A stretch of DNA of 64,000 nucleotides, taken from the NCBI GenBank assembly GCA_951406725.2, contig OX597819.1, positions 112,592,001-112,656,000 of the forward strand, given 5' to 3'. This document shows positions 1 to 13,331 of the stretch, in pieces. Within the stretch, counting starts at the first letter, position 1. Every line of letters begins with the position of its first letter. The notes under the pieces are model-generated. The model ran no database searches. It had not been told where the DNA came from and was given only the letters and a program-made list of their open reading frames with translations. The DNA is from Octopus vulgaris (Eukaryota). Made by a program: the position numbers and the translations under genes.

Positions 1-172
1 ATTTTCCCAAGATGCCATGCACTGGAATTGAACCTTGGAAGTTGTGGTTGAAAAGTAAAGCTCTTAACCATTTCACCATTATGCATATGCATTAAACTAC
101 ATACAGAAATTACAGACATTAACAAAGACATTGAGTTTTCAACAATGTTGTACATGAAGGCATTTATGGAGA

Positions 173-349
173 CCACGTAAAAAGCACCCACTACACTCTC
201 GGAGTGGTTGGCATTAGGAAGGGCATCCAGCTGTAGAAAACACTGCCAGATCAGATTGGGGCCTGGTGCAGCCTCCTGGCTTCCCAGACCCCAACCCATG
301 CCAGCATGATAAACGGACATTAACTGATGACGATAATGATGATGATGAT
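173..349 (+). mobile_element. Family B retroposon 3' fragment
   Basis: GGAAGGGCATCCAGCTGTAG..CCCATGCCAGCATG..(GAT)n. Confidence 0.8.
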
Positions 350-374
350 CTACAGACACAGACACATACACACA

Positions 375-412
<38 letters not shown>

Positions 413-436
413 TATTCTTTCTTTTTCTTTTCTTTT

Positions 437-822
437 ATTCTTTTACTTGTTTCACTCATTTGACTGCAGCCATGCTGGAGCACCACCTTTAGTTGAGCAA
501 ATCGACCCCAGAACTTATTCTTTGTAAGCCTAGTACTTATTCTATCGGTCTCTTTTGCCAAACCGCTAAGTTACAGGGATGTAAACACACCAGCATCGGT
601 TGTCAAGTGATGTTGGGGGGACAAGTACAGACACACAAACATATACACACACATACATATATATATATACTCACATATACGACGGGCTTCTTTCAGTTTC
701 CATCTACCAAATCCACTCACAAGGATTTGGTCAGCCTGAGGCTATAGTAGAAGACACTTGCCCAAGGTGCCACACAGTGGGACTGAACCCGGAACCATGT
801 GGTTGGTAAGCAAGCTACTTAC
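437..822 (-). mobile_element. tRNA-derived SINE family A (~400 bp, internal TA/TG microsatellite)
   Basis: Matches at least 9 other copies in the window; GGTTCAGTCCC B-box-like motif, CCTTGGGCAAGT CORE-like motif. Confidence 0.85.
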
Positions 823-1001
823 ACACACACACACACATACACAATTTATCTCAGTGGTTTAGACAGTTTCTATAAAAACTAAAGGAATTTTGCAGTATGC
901 CAGCTACGATGAGTGGCTGATCAACAGAATAATCAGCTCATGAAATGACATGCTAATGGCTGAGTACTCTGCAGACACACATTCCCTTAAATTAGTTCTC
1001 A

Positions 1002-1305
1002 GTGGAGGCACAAGACCTAGTGGTTAGAGCACCGAACTCGCAGTCGAGGCATTGCAGGTTAAAACCTTAGACTGGGCAATGTGTGTGTTTATGAGCGAAA
1101 CACCTAAGCTCCACGTGGCTCTGGTAGAAGGTAATGGCGAACTTCTGCTGACTCTTTCGTCAGAACTTTCACTCTTTCCTACTGCATCTTGCAGCTCACC
1201 TACGATGGACAGGCATCCCATCCAGGTGGGGAACCTATACACCATGGAAACTGGGAAACTGGCCCTTATGAGCCAGGCATGGCTTGAAAAGGAACAAACA
1301 ATCTA
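1002..1305 (+). mobile_element. SINE family C variant inserted into an older SINE
   Basis: Same head; flanked by direct repeat AAATTAGTTCTCAG (about 989-1002 and 1309-1322). Confidence 0.75.
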
Positions 1306-2204
1306 AACAAATTAGTTCTCAGGGAGATTCACTACCATAGAGAATGTGACAAGGCTGGCCCTTTGAAATACAGGTACTACACATCTTTGGCAAGCTGAAT
1401 GGACTGGAGCAACATGAAATAAAATGTCTTGCAAAAGGACACAATGTACCACCAGGTATTGAACTCAGGACCTTACAATCATGATCCAAGTACCCTAACC
1501 ACTTCTACAGAGCAACTTTCACTCACAAGGTGTTTGCCATTGTGAGACTCTGGTTGAAGTCGTTTGCTATTACTGTACTAAGAGATAGAACTGGAGATTC
1601 TATGGTTGAGGGAGTGAAGCTGCAAAGCACAACAGCTTACTTGTGCCACGTGTAAATATTTGTGAATGGTGTATGTGTGTATTTGAGCAAGTGTTAGTCC
1701 TTTGTCCATTGTTTGTGTGTGTGTGTGTTGGGGGGTGGACAGATTGTGATTTGCATGTGAAATTGTGTTGCACATCTGTTGGTGATTAGCAATGATGATA
1801 ATGATGAAGATGATGACGATGGTGACTATGATGATGATGGCGGCGGCGGCGGTGGTGGTTGTGGTGGTGGTGGTGGTGGTGATGATGAGGAGGATAATGA
1901 ACGTGATGTGGATGAAGATGATGAAGATTATGACAATGATAACGTTGGCAGTGATGACAATGATGAAGCATATGATGACGGTGGTGATGTGATGATGATA
2001 AGAAGGAGGAAGACAATGACCACAACTACCACATAGTGAAGGCAAAAATGGTGGTGGTGATGGTGGTGGTGGTGGTGGTGGTGATGATGATGATGAGGAG
2101 GAGGAGGAGGAGGAGAATTGAAGTTGCAATTGCTATTTTCTGACAAAAACACAACGGTAATAATATTTTCTCTTTATATATATTTTTCTTTCTTCCATTT
2201 CCAG

Positions 2205-2380
2205 TTGCTGCTGAAAACTGGGAAGTTACTCACTATGGTCACCTGCTTTGGTACCTGTACATGGATGCTCCAGGAACATATACTCCACTTCATACAGGAC
2301 ACACTCCCCTTTTAAACTCACATGACAACACATTACACCACCGGCATCAAATGACAAATATTACAATAAATGAGAAATAA
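2205..2380 (+). CDS. Possible terminal exon of an unidentified convergent gene
   Basis: Strong acceptor ttttctttcttccatttccag, non-repetitive sequence, two open frames (xAAENWEVTHYGHLLWYLYMD...NEK* to 2380, or LLLKTGK...DTLPF* to 2315), AATAAA near 2365-2390; protein not recognised. Confidence 0.35.
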
Positions 2381-3789
2381 AAAAAATAAAACACTATACC
2401 AAAACTGATATGCAAATATATATATATGTACACACACATACATACACACACACACATACATACATACCTACATATATACTAACATGCATACACTCCACAC
2501 ATGAATAGATATGCATTTTAATTTTCTATTTTTATTGTTATTTTTGTATTTTTTTGTAACTTTTGTAACTGTCTACCAATGAAAAATAAAGAGTATGTGT
2601 GTGTGTGTGTATATATATATGTACACATGCATATACAAAACATCAACTTTCTTTTCAATTATTTATTATTTTTTGTCAATGGTATTTGTAATCATCAGGT
2701 AACCGTACAGGTATATATATTTGCATGTGTGGGTGTATGGGCGTGTATATGTGTGTGTGTGTTTGTATATATATATATATATCGTAAAAAGCTTGTGCCA
2801 TTTAAAAAAAGCATTAAGTTCACATAAAAAGCACCAAGTTCACTCTGCTGATTGGACTTAGTGTTAGGAAGGGCATTCAGCTGTAAAAATCCTGCCAATA
2901 CATAGTATCATGAATAGCAATAGCAAAACCGGTCGATATATTAATAATTATGTTAAATGTGCGTATTGTAAGTGTGTGTATTTTCCTTTTTTAATTTCTT
3001 ATATACATTACAACTCACCATGTAGGGATAATCGAAATTCCTCCTTTCTGCTACTACCTAATATATATATATTTATACATATGTAGTAGTTCTTGGTACA
3101 GTATCATATGACATATGAGGGTTGCGTTCTGCAATCTATTGCTGAACAACCACGCAGTTGATTTGTTTATAGTGATCAAATGTTTGTGTTCACATAAGCT
3201 CACTCCCACCATGAAATCAACATTACCTCTACAGTCACATGTCAGACGACAAAATGGTCACAGAGCAACATGAAAAGAAATGTTTTGCTCAAGAATACAA
3301 AGCAATATCCCGTCTGAGAATCAAAGACCATGATTTCACAATCATGAGAGCAACACAGTAACCACTTAGCCATTTGCCATCACACACACACAAATAGCCT
3401 ATCATGTGTGTCTGCATCCCTATGAATGTTTACATTTTGTGCTTTACATGAAAAGTATTTGCTCTGCATTTTCTAACATGAAAAAATAGGCATAAAACAG
3501 ATAAAGTTAAGATGTGGGCAAACTGATATAGCAGCACATGTAGTCAAATGAGCTGACTTCAGTATATTTACTAGTATGAAAGGTCATGCTTGACTGATTC
3601 ATTAAGAGGTTTGACCAGTCAATCAAAGCAATCAAAGCAGAATCTAATCAGTCTCTAAACCTGAACATTGATTGGTTGCTTCCATGTCCCTAATCACTAA
3701 ACTGTTAACAAATGTTGCTGTTGTTTAACCCCAGGTCATCCATAATCAAACAAACCTATGATTGAAGTTATTAAAGTTATTCAAGCCAT

Positions 3790-4537
3790 AAGCAGGAATC
3801 GAACCCACAAACATGACCTGGGTGTTATTGTCAACAGTGATTTGCGTTGGACAAAACACATCGCTAAAATTGTCAAGAAGGCTGAGGCTGTCTTGGCATC
3901 ACTCACCAAATCCTTTGTGAGCTGCTCTCCGACTATCTATCTGCGGCTTTATATAGCTTTGGTAAGACTTCACCTGGAATTTGCATCACCGGTCTGGAAC
4001 CCCCATCTTGCCCAGGATATCAATCGTCTGGAAGCCGTTCAGCAATGTGCAACCAAAAGAATACCCTCCATCAGGCATTTGCCATATCCTGAACGCCTTA
4101 CTTCCCCGGGCATGGATACATTGAAACTCCGACGTCTGGCAGCTGACTTGGCAGACACCCATAAAATTATTAACCATCTTACAAACAATAACTCTGAGCA
4201 CCTTTTCAAACTCCACCCATCTAACACCCGTGGACATATTTACAAAGTCAGAAAACAGCACAGCTCCCATGACTTCAGGAAACATTTTTTCACACTTAGA
4301 GTTACTGAAGCATGGAACAAACTGCCAGCATCAGTTAGTTGTCGGAGCACTGCATCCTTCAAAACTTCCATGCTTTCTGAGATTCGCCAACACTACACCT
4401 GATTTTCTCCCCTCCATACACACACAAGCATGTACCTGACTCATGCATTGTTCACTTTCCAGACATTTGTACATTACTGCATATACTCTGATAAGTTGTG
4501 GTGCACCTGAGCACTGTATACAATAATTTCATTATTA
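3790..4537 (+). mobile_element. CR1/L2-type LINE 3' fragment (end of RT ORF plus 3' UTR)
   Basis: DLGVIVNSDLRW..LYIALVRLHLEFASPVWNP..LEAVQQCATK..TRGH..RKHFFTLRV..WNKLP, (ATT)n tail. Confidence 0.9.
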
Positions 4538-4974
4538 TCTTATGATCATGAGTGCAAAACCCAAGCCATTAAGTCATGCACCTCCACTTATAGCCATAGA
4601 TACCCATAAAATAGTAAGATGCTTATGGCTTGAATAACTTTAATAACTTCAATCATAGGTTTGTTTGATTATGGATGACCCGTGGTTGAACAACAGGATG
4701 GAATTTGAGGGTAGTTTAGTTGGTGCTTCTAGCATGTACAATGACTACATTGAGTGTCCATCATTGGTTCAGTAATAAATATTATTGGTAGGAATAGATT
4801 ATAGCATTAAAGTGTGTCAGTATTGCATATAATTGATATATATTATGTATATCTATATGATGTATATTAAATCTGAAACATTAGCACGCTGAGTGACATG
4901 CTTAGCGGTATTTCGTCTGTCTTTACGTTCTGAGTTCAAATTCCACCAAAGTTGACTTTGCCTTTCATCATTTC

Positions 4975-5368
4975 AGGTGCAGGAATGGCTGTGTGGTAAG
5001 TAGCTTGCTTACCAACTACATGGTTCCAGGTTCAGTCCCACTACGTGGCACCTTAGGCAAGTGTCTTCTACTATAGCCTCGGGTCAAGCAAAGCCTTGTG
5101 AATGGATTTGGTAGATGGAAACTGAAAGAAACCTGTCATATATATGTATATATATATATGTGTATGTGTGTGTGTGTGTGTTTGTCCCCCCAACATCACT
5201 TGACAATCGATGCTGGTGCGTTTACATCCCCGTAACTTAGTGGTTTGGCAAAAGAGACCGATAGAATAAGTAGTAGGCTTGCAAAGAATAAGTCCTGGGG
5301 TCGATTTGCTCGATTAAAAGCAGTGCTTCAGCATGGCCGCAGTCAAATGACTGAAACAAGTAAAAGAG
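4975..5368 (+). mobile_element. SINE family A, full length
   Basis: TGGCTGTGTGG A-box-like and GGTTCAGTCCC B-box-like motifs, ends GAAACAAGTAAAAGAG. Confidence 0.85.
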
Positions 5369-5566
5369 ACAGAGTAAGAGATCTACATTGTGTATGTTCT
5401 ATATGATATATTTCATATATACTAAATCTAGGATCTTTTCCTTTAGATAGACAGAATTCAACCCAATTTCTAGTTAACTAAACAATTTGAAACTTCGTAT
5501 ACTGGTAGAACGTGTCAAAAGAAAACATTATTTTCACTTGGCTTTTTTGATAAATTTGTAATTTGT

Positions 5567-5912
5567 AAGAGGTATTGTTTTCAGTCATGTTTGTTTGTTC
5601 GTTTGTCCGTGGACAAGATATCTCAAGAACTGGTGGATGGATTCAGATGAAACTTTCAGGGATGTTTGGCTTTGTGACTGGCACTAACTGATTAGATTTT
5701 GGGATCAATCCAGTACCAGACAAGGATTCTGGATTATTTTTCCATTCTTTTTACTTAATTTTTGAGAGCAGTCGGGTTCATTTTTAGTATTCTCATTTGT
5801 GAGAGCAGTTGAGTTTATTTCAGATATTCTCATTTTAAAAATCTCTGGCTAATCGTTGAGAGGTCGCTGGTGTTGCCTTGGTGGAGGTTTGCACTCTCTG
5901 AGTGCTCTTGTT
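5567..5912 (+). mobile_element. Helentron-associated (HINE/DINE-like) non-autonomous element
   Basis: GAGGTATTGTTTTC..(GTTT)n..GGATGGATTCAGATGAAACTT; 3' CTTGGTGGAGGT plus hairpin GCACTCTCTGAGTGC before CTTGTT. Confidence 0.6.
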
Positions 5913-6236
5913 ACTTAATTATTTCCTTCACTTTTTCTGAATGAGTATTTGTTAGTTATCTTTGTCAACTTCAGCAAGGATTTGAACATAGAACATAACG
6001 ATATTTAACTAAAATTACCACAAAATATTTGATTCTTCAACTCAAAGAATATTGTAAAATTATCAGGTCAGCTATAACTACAATTGGAATTCATTGCCTT
6101 TCATTGGAATTCACTGCCTTTCTTTCAAATCATTTTTAAAATGATGAAATATTGAATAAAATACCTTTGTCCTTATTAACCTAGTTTTCAGAACATAAAT
6201 TAACATAATGCTTTGCTGGAAGGTTTTAAATAAAAA

Positions 6237-6712
6237 TAATAATAATGAAATTATTGTATACAATGCTCAGGTGCGTATAAAGCATATGCAGTAATGTACA
6301 AATGTCTGGAAAGTGAACAGTGTATGAGTCAAATACATGCTTTTGTATGGAGGAGAGAAAATCAGGTGTAGTGTTGGCGAATCTCAGGAAGCATGGAAGT
6401 TTTGAAGGATGCAGTGCTCCAATAACTAACGACTGATGCCAGCAGTTTGTTCCATACTTCAATAACTCTTAGCGTGAAAAAGTGTTTCAGAAAGTCATGG
6501 GAGCTGTGCTGTTTTCTGACTTTGTAAACATGTCCACGGGTGTTAGACAGGTGGAGTTTGAAAAGGTGCTCAGAGTTATTGTTTGTAAGATGGTTAATAA
6601 TTTTATAGGTGTCTGCCAAGTCAGCTGCCAGACGTTGGAGTTTCAATATATCCATGCCCAGCGAAGAAAAGGCATTCAGAATATAACAAATGCCTGATGG
6701 AGGGTATTCTCC
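6237..6712 (-). mobile_element. Second copy of the same CR1/L2-type LINE 3' end, inverted
   Basis: Highly similar to 4060-4535 on the opposite strand. Confidence 0.9.
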
Positions 6713-8926
6713 ATATTTTAATTTAAATCACTCTATAACCGAAAGTTTCTTTCCTGGATCTAAGATTGGTATCAGGCAGATTGATATCAAAAAGATTAGT
6801 TTCTGCTATGGGACAGATAAAGTAACTCCTATCATCTCTGTTGGTCAACCTTATTAATTGGTCAAGGACGTCTAGTTTTCTGTCTAGATAAGATGTGATG
6901 GGGTGTTATATATAACAGTCTCTCTCTGTCTCTCTCTGGCCATCTAGATGTGCATTACATATAACAGTCTATCTAACATGTGATGTATGTTATACATAAC
7001 AATTTAACCATTGTCAAAAATGCCTCTTGCAGCTCACATAGCTACATAGAGGCCTCTTCATTGGTCCATGTAGAAGGATATAGTGAAAATCTGAAAGATC
7101 ATATTCACTCGGGTACTTTCAACACTGCTGTCTTCAATTTCATGTCGAGAAACGAAAGTAAAGGAAAACAAGAAAATCTATGAACAAAAGAAACACACGA
7201 TACACATATACTTAATATCACATTTTTTAATAAATAATATACATATACATACATATATATATATGCATAAATAATAAGGGTGGCTTGTTCGTAATTTTAC
7301 CCTCAATCACTTTATTGATGTACATATATGTATGTATGTGTGTGTGAGTGTGTGTGTGGGTGTAAGTATGTATGTATGCATGCATGTATGTATACACACA
7401 CACATATGCATATGAACATATGTTGAAATGCATAAAGAATACTTTGTAAAGCAGGAATTCATAGAAATGCTCCATTAACTAGGTTTAACGTGATATAGCT
7501 TAAAACAATATGTAGACTGATTAAAAAAACAATTTATGGTATATATAACAAAATAAAACATATTATACCAGAATACAATCATCATCATCATCATCATCAT
7601 TGTCGTTGTCATTGTAGTTACCCATTAAGCATTTTGCAGAGTTTGAGTTTTGCTTCTCAACAGGAACAGAAATAATTTTGAATGCAGTGCAGTGTGGGAA
7701 TATTTTCTAATTCCACCCAGAAGCTACTTTACAATAATGGTGAACAATGTGAGATTTGAACTCTGAGCACACAGAGCCAAAATAGATTCTGCAAGGCACT
7801 CTGTTGAGCATAGTAACAATTTCCTTATTCCAGTAACCTTGACTGGTAATGTGTTTATCAATTCTGAAAAGAGATGTAGCAGAACTTTGCTTCAAATTCA
7901 TCCCAGTTTTTTTCCCCTCAGTTTGGGTTATTCTCGTAAATAAAAACAGGATCTTTCAAACTGAGTGACGATGTCTTAAAAAAACAAAACTAACTAATGA
8001 TGTACAACTACACATCTGTAGTGTACGCTTAGGGAAATTCCTCTCTCTCTCTGTTATATATACAGAAATATGGATGTAGTAGATAACAGCTAGCCTTTGG
8101 CAGCCCTTTTGGACACTGTTGTATCCACTACTCTGATTGGTTGGTATTGGCACAGTTTGTCTCTTGTGTGCCAATATCCAACCCAACCAATTGCAGCCTT
8201 CTGATAAGGTCACGTATTTATTGTATCGACCGTGTAGTGTACTAAAGAAGCCATTCTCGTCACCTCTCTTCGCATGGTCGTTTACACATCAAATTCATCA
8301 AGAGACATCTGCAAAAAATGCTGTCAAATTAAATGTTCTTGATTGCTAATCAGTCAAGCTTTGAGTAAGCTCAGATTATATAAAGACAAACAGTATAAAA
8401 GACAAGGGAGAATAACAGATAGATGAACGGTCACAGAGGTTAACATACATGTGATAGACATGATAGAACAAAGAACCAAATGCATATTGCAGCAGGCTTC
8501 TGCTTCAGATGAAAAGCACATTTGACCTCATTAGTATTTGAACACAGAACACAAAGAAAGAGTCAGAACAAACAGCCAAAAGCATTTAATCCAACACTTT
8601 AATGGCACTGCTAGTGTGCTGCCTTTTTGGAAACTGGTTTCATTGTTAGAATTACTGTCAACTCTGAAATAACAGGACACATCCAAATTTCCTTAGATTG
8701 TACACTCTGTATTTGTTGATGCACCTTGCCATGGGTATTCTACACACAAATATGGGAAATTTGAATTCTGTGAACTTTCAACAAAACTTCAATGCTGCAT
8801 GGTTTAGTACTTCGATGTTATGAGTGATTATAATCTTGTTAAATTTGAATCTCCTCTATTTATTTCCCCTGACAATAGTTCTAGTTGCCCTTCTACAAAT
8901 GTAACCAGTTTACAGCAATAGAACTG

Positions 8927-9458
8927 TCATCATCATCATTGTTTAACGTCTGCTTTCCATGCTAGCATGGGTTGGATGATTTTGACTGAGGGCTGGCGAA
9001 CCAGATGGCTGCACCAGGCTCCAATCTTGATCTGGCAGAGTTTCTACAGCTGGATGCTCTTCCTAACGCCAACCACTCCGAGAGTGTAGTGGGTGCTTTT
9101 TACGTGCCACCGGCATGGGGGCCAGTCAGGCAGTACTGGCAATGACCTCGCTCGAATCTTTTTACACATGCCACCGGCACAGGTGCCAGTGAAGCGACGT
9201 TGGTAATGATCACGCTTGAATGGTGCCCTTTTACGTGCCACGGTTACGGAAGCCAGTTGGCTGCTCTGGCAACAATTATGCTCGGATGGTGCTCTTGGCA
9301 CCCTACTAGCACAGGCACAAGTGCCAGTAAGGCAATACTGATTATGATCATACTCGAATGGTGCCCTTTTATGTGCCACTGGCATGGAAGCTGGTTAGCT
9401 GCTCTGTCAACGATCACACTCGTATGGTGCTCTTTGCACCCCGCTAGCACGAATGCCA
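8927..9458 (-). mobile_element. Family B retroposon 3' fragment with about 5 subrepeats
   Basis: Same tail; near-identical to 50901-51285. Confidence 0.85.
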
Positions 9459-10501
9459 CTTATTGCAGGTATAATATTTTAATTTTAATATTTTGTGTGT
9501 ATATATGTATGCATGCATGTATGTATATATACACACGCACACACATATATATGCCTATGCACACAAGTTGAAATGCATCACAAATACTAGGTTTAGCATG
9601 ATATAGCTAAACTGATTTTATAGCTAAAATGTGGGAGCATTTCTATGAATTCCTGCTTTACAAAGCATTCTTGATGCATTCCAACATGTGTGCATATGCA
9701 GATATATGTGTGTGTGTCTGTATATACATACATGCATGAATGCATACATACATATCATGAAGTATGCTTTTGCATTCATTTAATTTTTATGATGTATCCT
9801 TCACAATTATAAACCTCTTTTATAGAGCACTCTAGTGGATTCCTTCTATAGCATTCTTGATATATTTTACAAAATATTCATATCAATAATTCTTGATACA
9901 TTAAAAGTATATTTATCAACGAACTTAGCAGTTCTTAGTCTATACATAAATAGAAGGAATTAGAATTTTGTAAAGTATCAACCAAATAGTGATACCTTGT
10001 AGGTTCTGACTTTCTTTGAATCTCTCAAATTCCCTGGCTGATGATGGTTCTGTATGAGTCAGTATGAATGCATGCAGTATTCAAAAATACAAGTATGTCC
10101 CAAAATAATATCTATTCATTTTATTACATATAACTTGAATTAGTATTTAATTCAACAAATCAACACAAACACACATGTATGCACATACATAAACACACAC
10201 ACACAGAGAGCTTTTTTTTGTCATTTTTGTTGCTTTAGTCATCATAGCTTTGCCCATGATGGAGCATCATCTTCAGAGTTAACTACATTTGTCTGTTGTG
10301 TTATCTTTCTGAGCATGTCCAGGGATCTAATATTTTGATTATAATGTAGTTTGTATAAAATGTGGGATCAATGAAATAAGAAGGGGTAGCCCTAATCTGA
10401 TTAAGCCCAAACACTTTGCTTATAGTTGCTCAGGGATGCTAGAAAGAAATGCTTCAAGGTACTCCGTTTTTATTTCCATTTTTATCTATTTATCTCTTTA
10501 C

Positions 10502-10910
10502 TCTTTTTTACTCTTTTACTTGTTTCAGTCATTTGACTGCGGCCATGCTGGAGCACCGCCTTTAGTCGAGCAAATCGACCCTGGGACTTATTCTTTGTAA
10601 GCCCAGTACTTATTCTATCGGTCTCTTTTGCCGAACCGCCAAGGGACGGGGACGTAAACACACCAGTATCGGTTGTCTAGCAATGCTAGGGGGACAAACA
10701 CAGACACACAAACACACACACATACATATATCTATATAAATATATATGACAGGCTTCTTTCAGTTTCCGTCTACCAAATCCACTCACAAGGCATTGGTCG
10801 GCCCGGGGCTATAGCAGAAGACACTTGCCCAAGATGCCACGCAGTGGGACTGAACCCGAAACCATGTGGCTGGTTAGCAAGCTACTTACCACACAGCCAC
10901 TCCTGCGCCT
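10502..10910 (-). mobile_element. SINE family A, full length
   Basis: Same motifs as 4975-5368. Confidence 0.85.
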
Positions 10911-11247
10911 ATCTATATGTTTTTTTTTTGTTTTTCTTTTTTTCTTTCTGAAAATTCTCAGGAGAAATGTTAGTCAAGTTCCATAACATAATAGAACTAT
11001 GCTTTGTTTTGAAATTCCAATAATTCATTTATTGTGTTTCATTCCTGATAGTTTTCATATGTAGTTTACTTCTTGAGACGAATTTACATTTTCATCATCA
11101 TCATTGTCGTTATTATTATTGGTTATCGTATTTATTTTTATGGCAAGCATTGGGTTGTCATTGAGGTGCAGCCAAAATTCTGCTGTTCAAGTGCAATTTG
11201 ATCTGTAGGATGTAAATTTCCATTCCTCATCAGCTTCAGGATGTAAC

Positions 11248-11353
11248 TATATATGTGTGTGTGTGTGTAGATAAATAGATAGATATCTACATATATATAT
11301 ACACATATATACATATATATACACACACACATTCATAAATGTGTGTGCGTATA

Positions 11354-11430
<77 letters not shown>

Positions 11431-11537
11431 CATACATACATATTTATATATATATATATTTGTATATGCATATATATGTATATATATATATGTATATATA
11501 TATGTATATATGTATATATATATGTATATATATATGC

Positions 11538-11570
<33 letters not shown>

Positions 11571-11700
11571 AGTATATATATATATGTATATATATGTGTG
11601 TGTATATATGTATGTATATATACATACATACTGATATACACACATATTAATACATAAACTCTCGTGCATAAATGTGTATGTATGTGTGTGTGTGTTCTTG
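11248..11700. repeat. (TA)n/(TG)n compound microsatellite, representative of dozens in the window
   Basis: Seen directly. Confidence 0.95.
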
Positions 11701-12088
11701 ACTTGATATTGTCCACTGCCAATTGTCAATAAACATAACCGCCATACAAGCAGTGGTATTTGTTTGCAGTTTTATATGGTAATAGGCCTAGATTTGGTAG
11801 AAATATCTCCTTCTTTGAAACAAGAGACAGTTGCTGACAAGAGGAGTACCCAACTGTAGAAAATTTGCCTCAATGAATATTGTCTGCAACCATGGAGAAA
11901 TAGATGTGACTTTACTATGATGATGATGGTTATTTTGATGATGATACATGTGTGTGTGTGTATGTGTTGTGTGTGTGTATGAGTGTGTGTGTGTGCATGT
12001 GCACGCATGTATATGTACATATGTATATATATATATGTATACATATATATATATGTATACATATATGTATATATATATGTATATATAT

Positions 12089-12185
<97 letters not shown>

Positions 12186-12275
12186 TCAAATTTTCAGAAG
12201 AACAAAAGATGAAAACAGGTGTAAGAACAACAAGCAGGTGTATTAGTTTAATGCTTGAGAAAATAATAGAAAAGT

Positions 12276-12311
12276 CTTTTATGTTTCGAGTCTATGCTCT
12301 TCAACAGAAAG
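12276..12311 (-). ncRNA. Degenerate minimal hammerhead-like motif (U6 core)
   Basis: CUUU CUGUUGA A GAGC-auag-ACUC GAA ACAU A AAAG. Confidence 0.4.
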
Positions 12312-12856
12312 GAATAAGAGGAAAAGATGGAGAGGTAATGATTCAATTCTGTATTTGTTTGGTTTTCAGTAATATCTTTTATTAATTAAGGCTAATTATC
12401 ATCATCATCCTCATCATCGTTATTTTCATATTCATTCTTCCATCCCTACATGGGTTGAGCAAGTCCTCTCCAACACAGCACCCTAACATTTGTTGTCATA
12501 ACTTTGTCATTTGTTGTGTGGTTCAACTTCCTGAGATCAGCTCATGTCATCCTTGGACTTCCTTTTCAATTAGAACCTTCCCACATAAATCCCTGGTCAC
12601 TTCTTCACCCACCTGCTTCTCCCATATGCATTACATATCTACACCATTGCAGCTATTGCTCTGCATTGGTATAGATATGTAATTACAGCTAGTTCTTCTT
12701 ATGTACAGATTCTCTCTCAGCTCATCTATACCTTGTTGTTCATGCATAGAGCAATATGCAGTGACATAACTAATAGGTAACCAAGGAGAGTGACCAGTCC
12801 CTCTGATCACATTTTTCAAAATTGGCACCTTTCAACATCTTTAACTCTTTATTTAA

Positions 12857-13077
12857 CCCTTTCGTTACCAACCCAGCTGAAACCGGCTCTGGCTCTGAGT
12901 ACAAATGTCTTGTTTTCATAAGTTTTGAATTCAAATCTTCCACCAAACCTTAGTCACAATTTATGTTCCTAACACTAGCTGAATGATAACTAAGTTATTT
13001 TTACTAAATTCTTTGTTATATTTAAAGTAATTGAAAGAAACACAGAGCATCTCAAAATAAATACAGTAATGAAAGGG
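12857..13077. mobile_element. piggyBac-type MITE
   Basis: TTAA flanks, TIR CCCTTTCGTTAC / GTAATGAAAGGG; diverged relatives near 16046-16260 and 20821-20970. Confidence 0.75.
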
Positions 13078-13331
13078 TTAACTTGTGCAATAAGAGCCAA
13101 ATCTCTTTTGTTGCTGTTGTTAATTGTATGGCATTGGAAGAACTTTCTAGAGTCATTAGTTTATTTGACCAACATTCCGTGTTTTTAAATTCCTTGCTCA
13201 ATCTCTTGTGATGTATTGGTGGACACTGACATCTGAAGAATTAAAACCAGCCCAGAAATCATAGCTTCTCAACACTGGACAATCCTGTGGAGCTTCATTG
13301 TTTCTACATGAGATTAACTATGTATCTTATA

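Noticed and set aside
1578-2152. Overlapping poly-H/T/D/V ORFs
   Set aside because: Translation of (GAT)n/(GGT)n microsatellites; no splice or homology support
3758-4402. 214-aa ORF as a host gene
   Set aside because: C-terminal part of a LINE reverse transcriptase ORF; second copy nearby
9099-9455. Regularly spaced ~65-bp units resembling a CRISPR array
   Set aside because: Whole units are homologous with no unique spacers, they belong to a dispersed LINE UTR, the context is eukaryotic and there are no cas genes
11138-12212. Many YI/CV/HT-repeat ORFs, also at 22.8k, 25.2k, 28k, 31.3k, 46.5k and 54-57k
   Set aside because: Dinucleotide and tetranucleotide repeats lack stop codons in several frames
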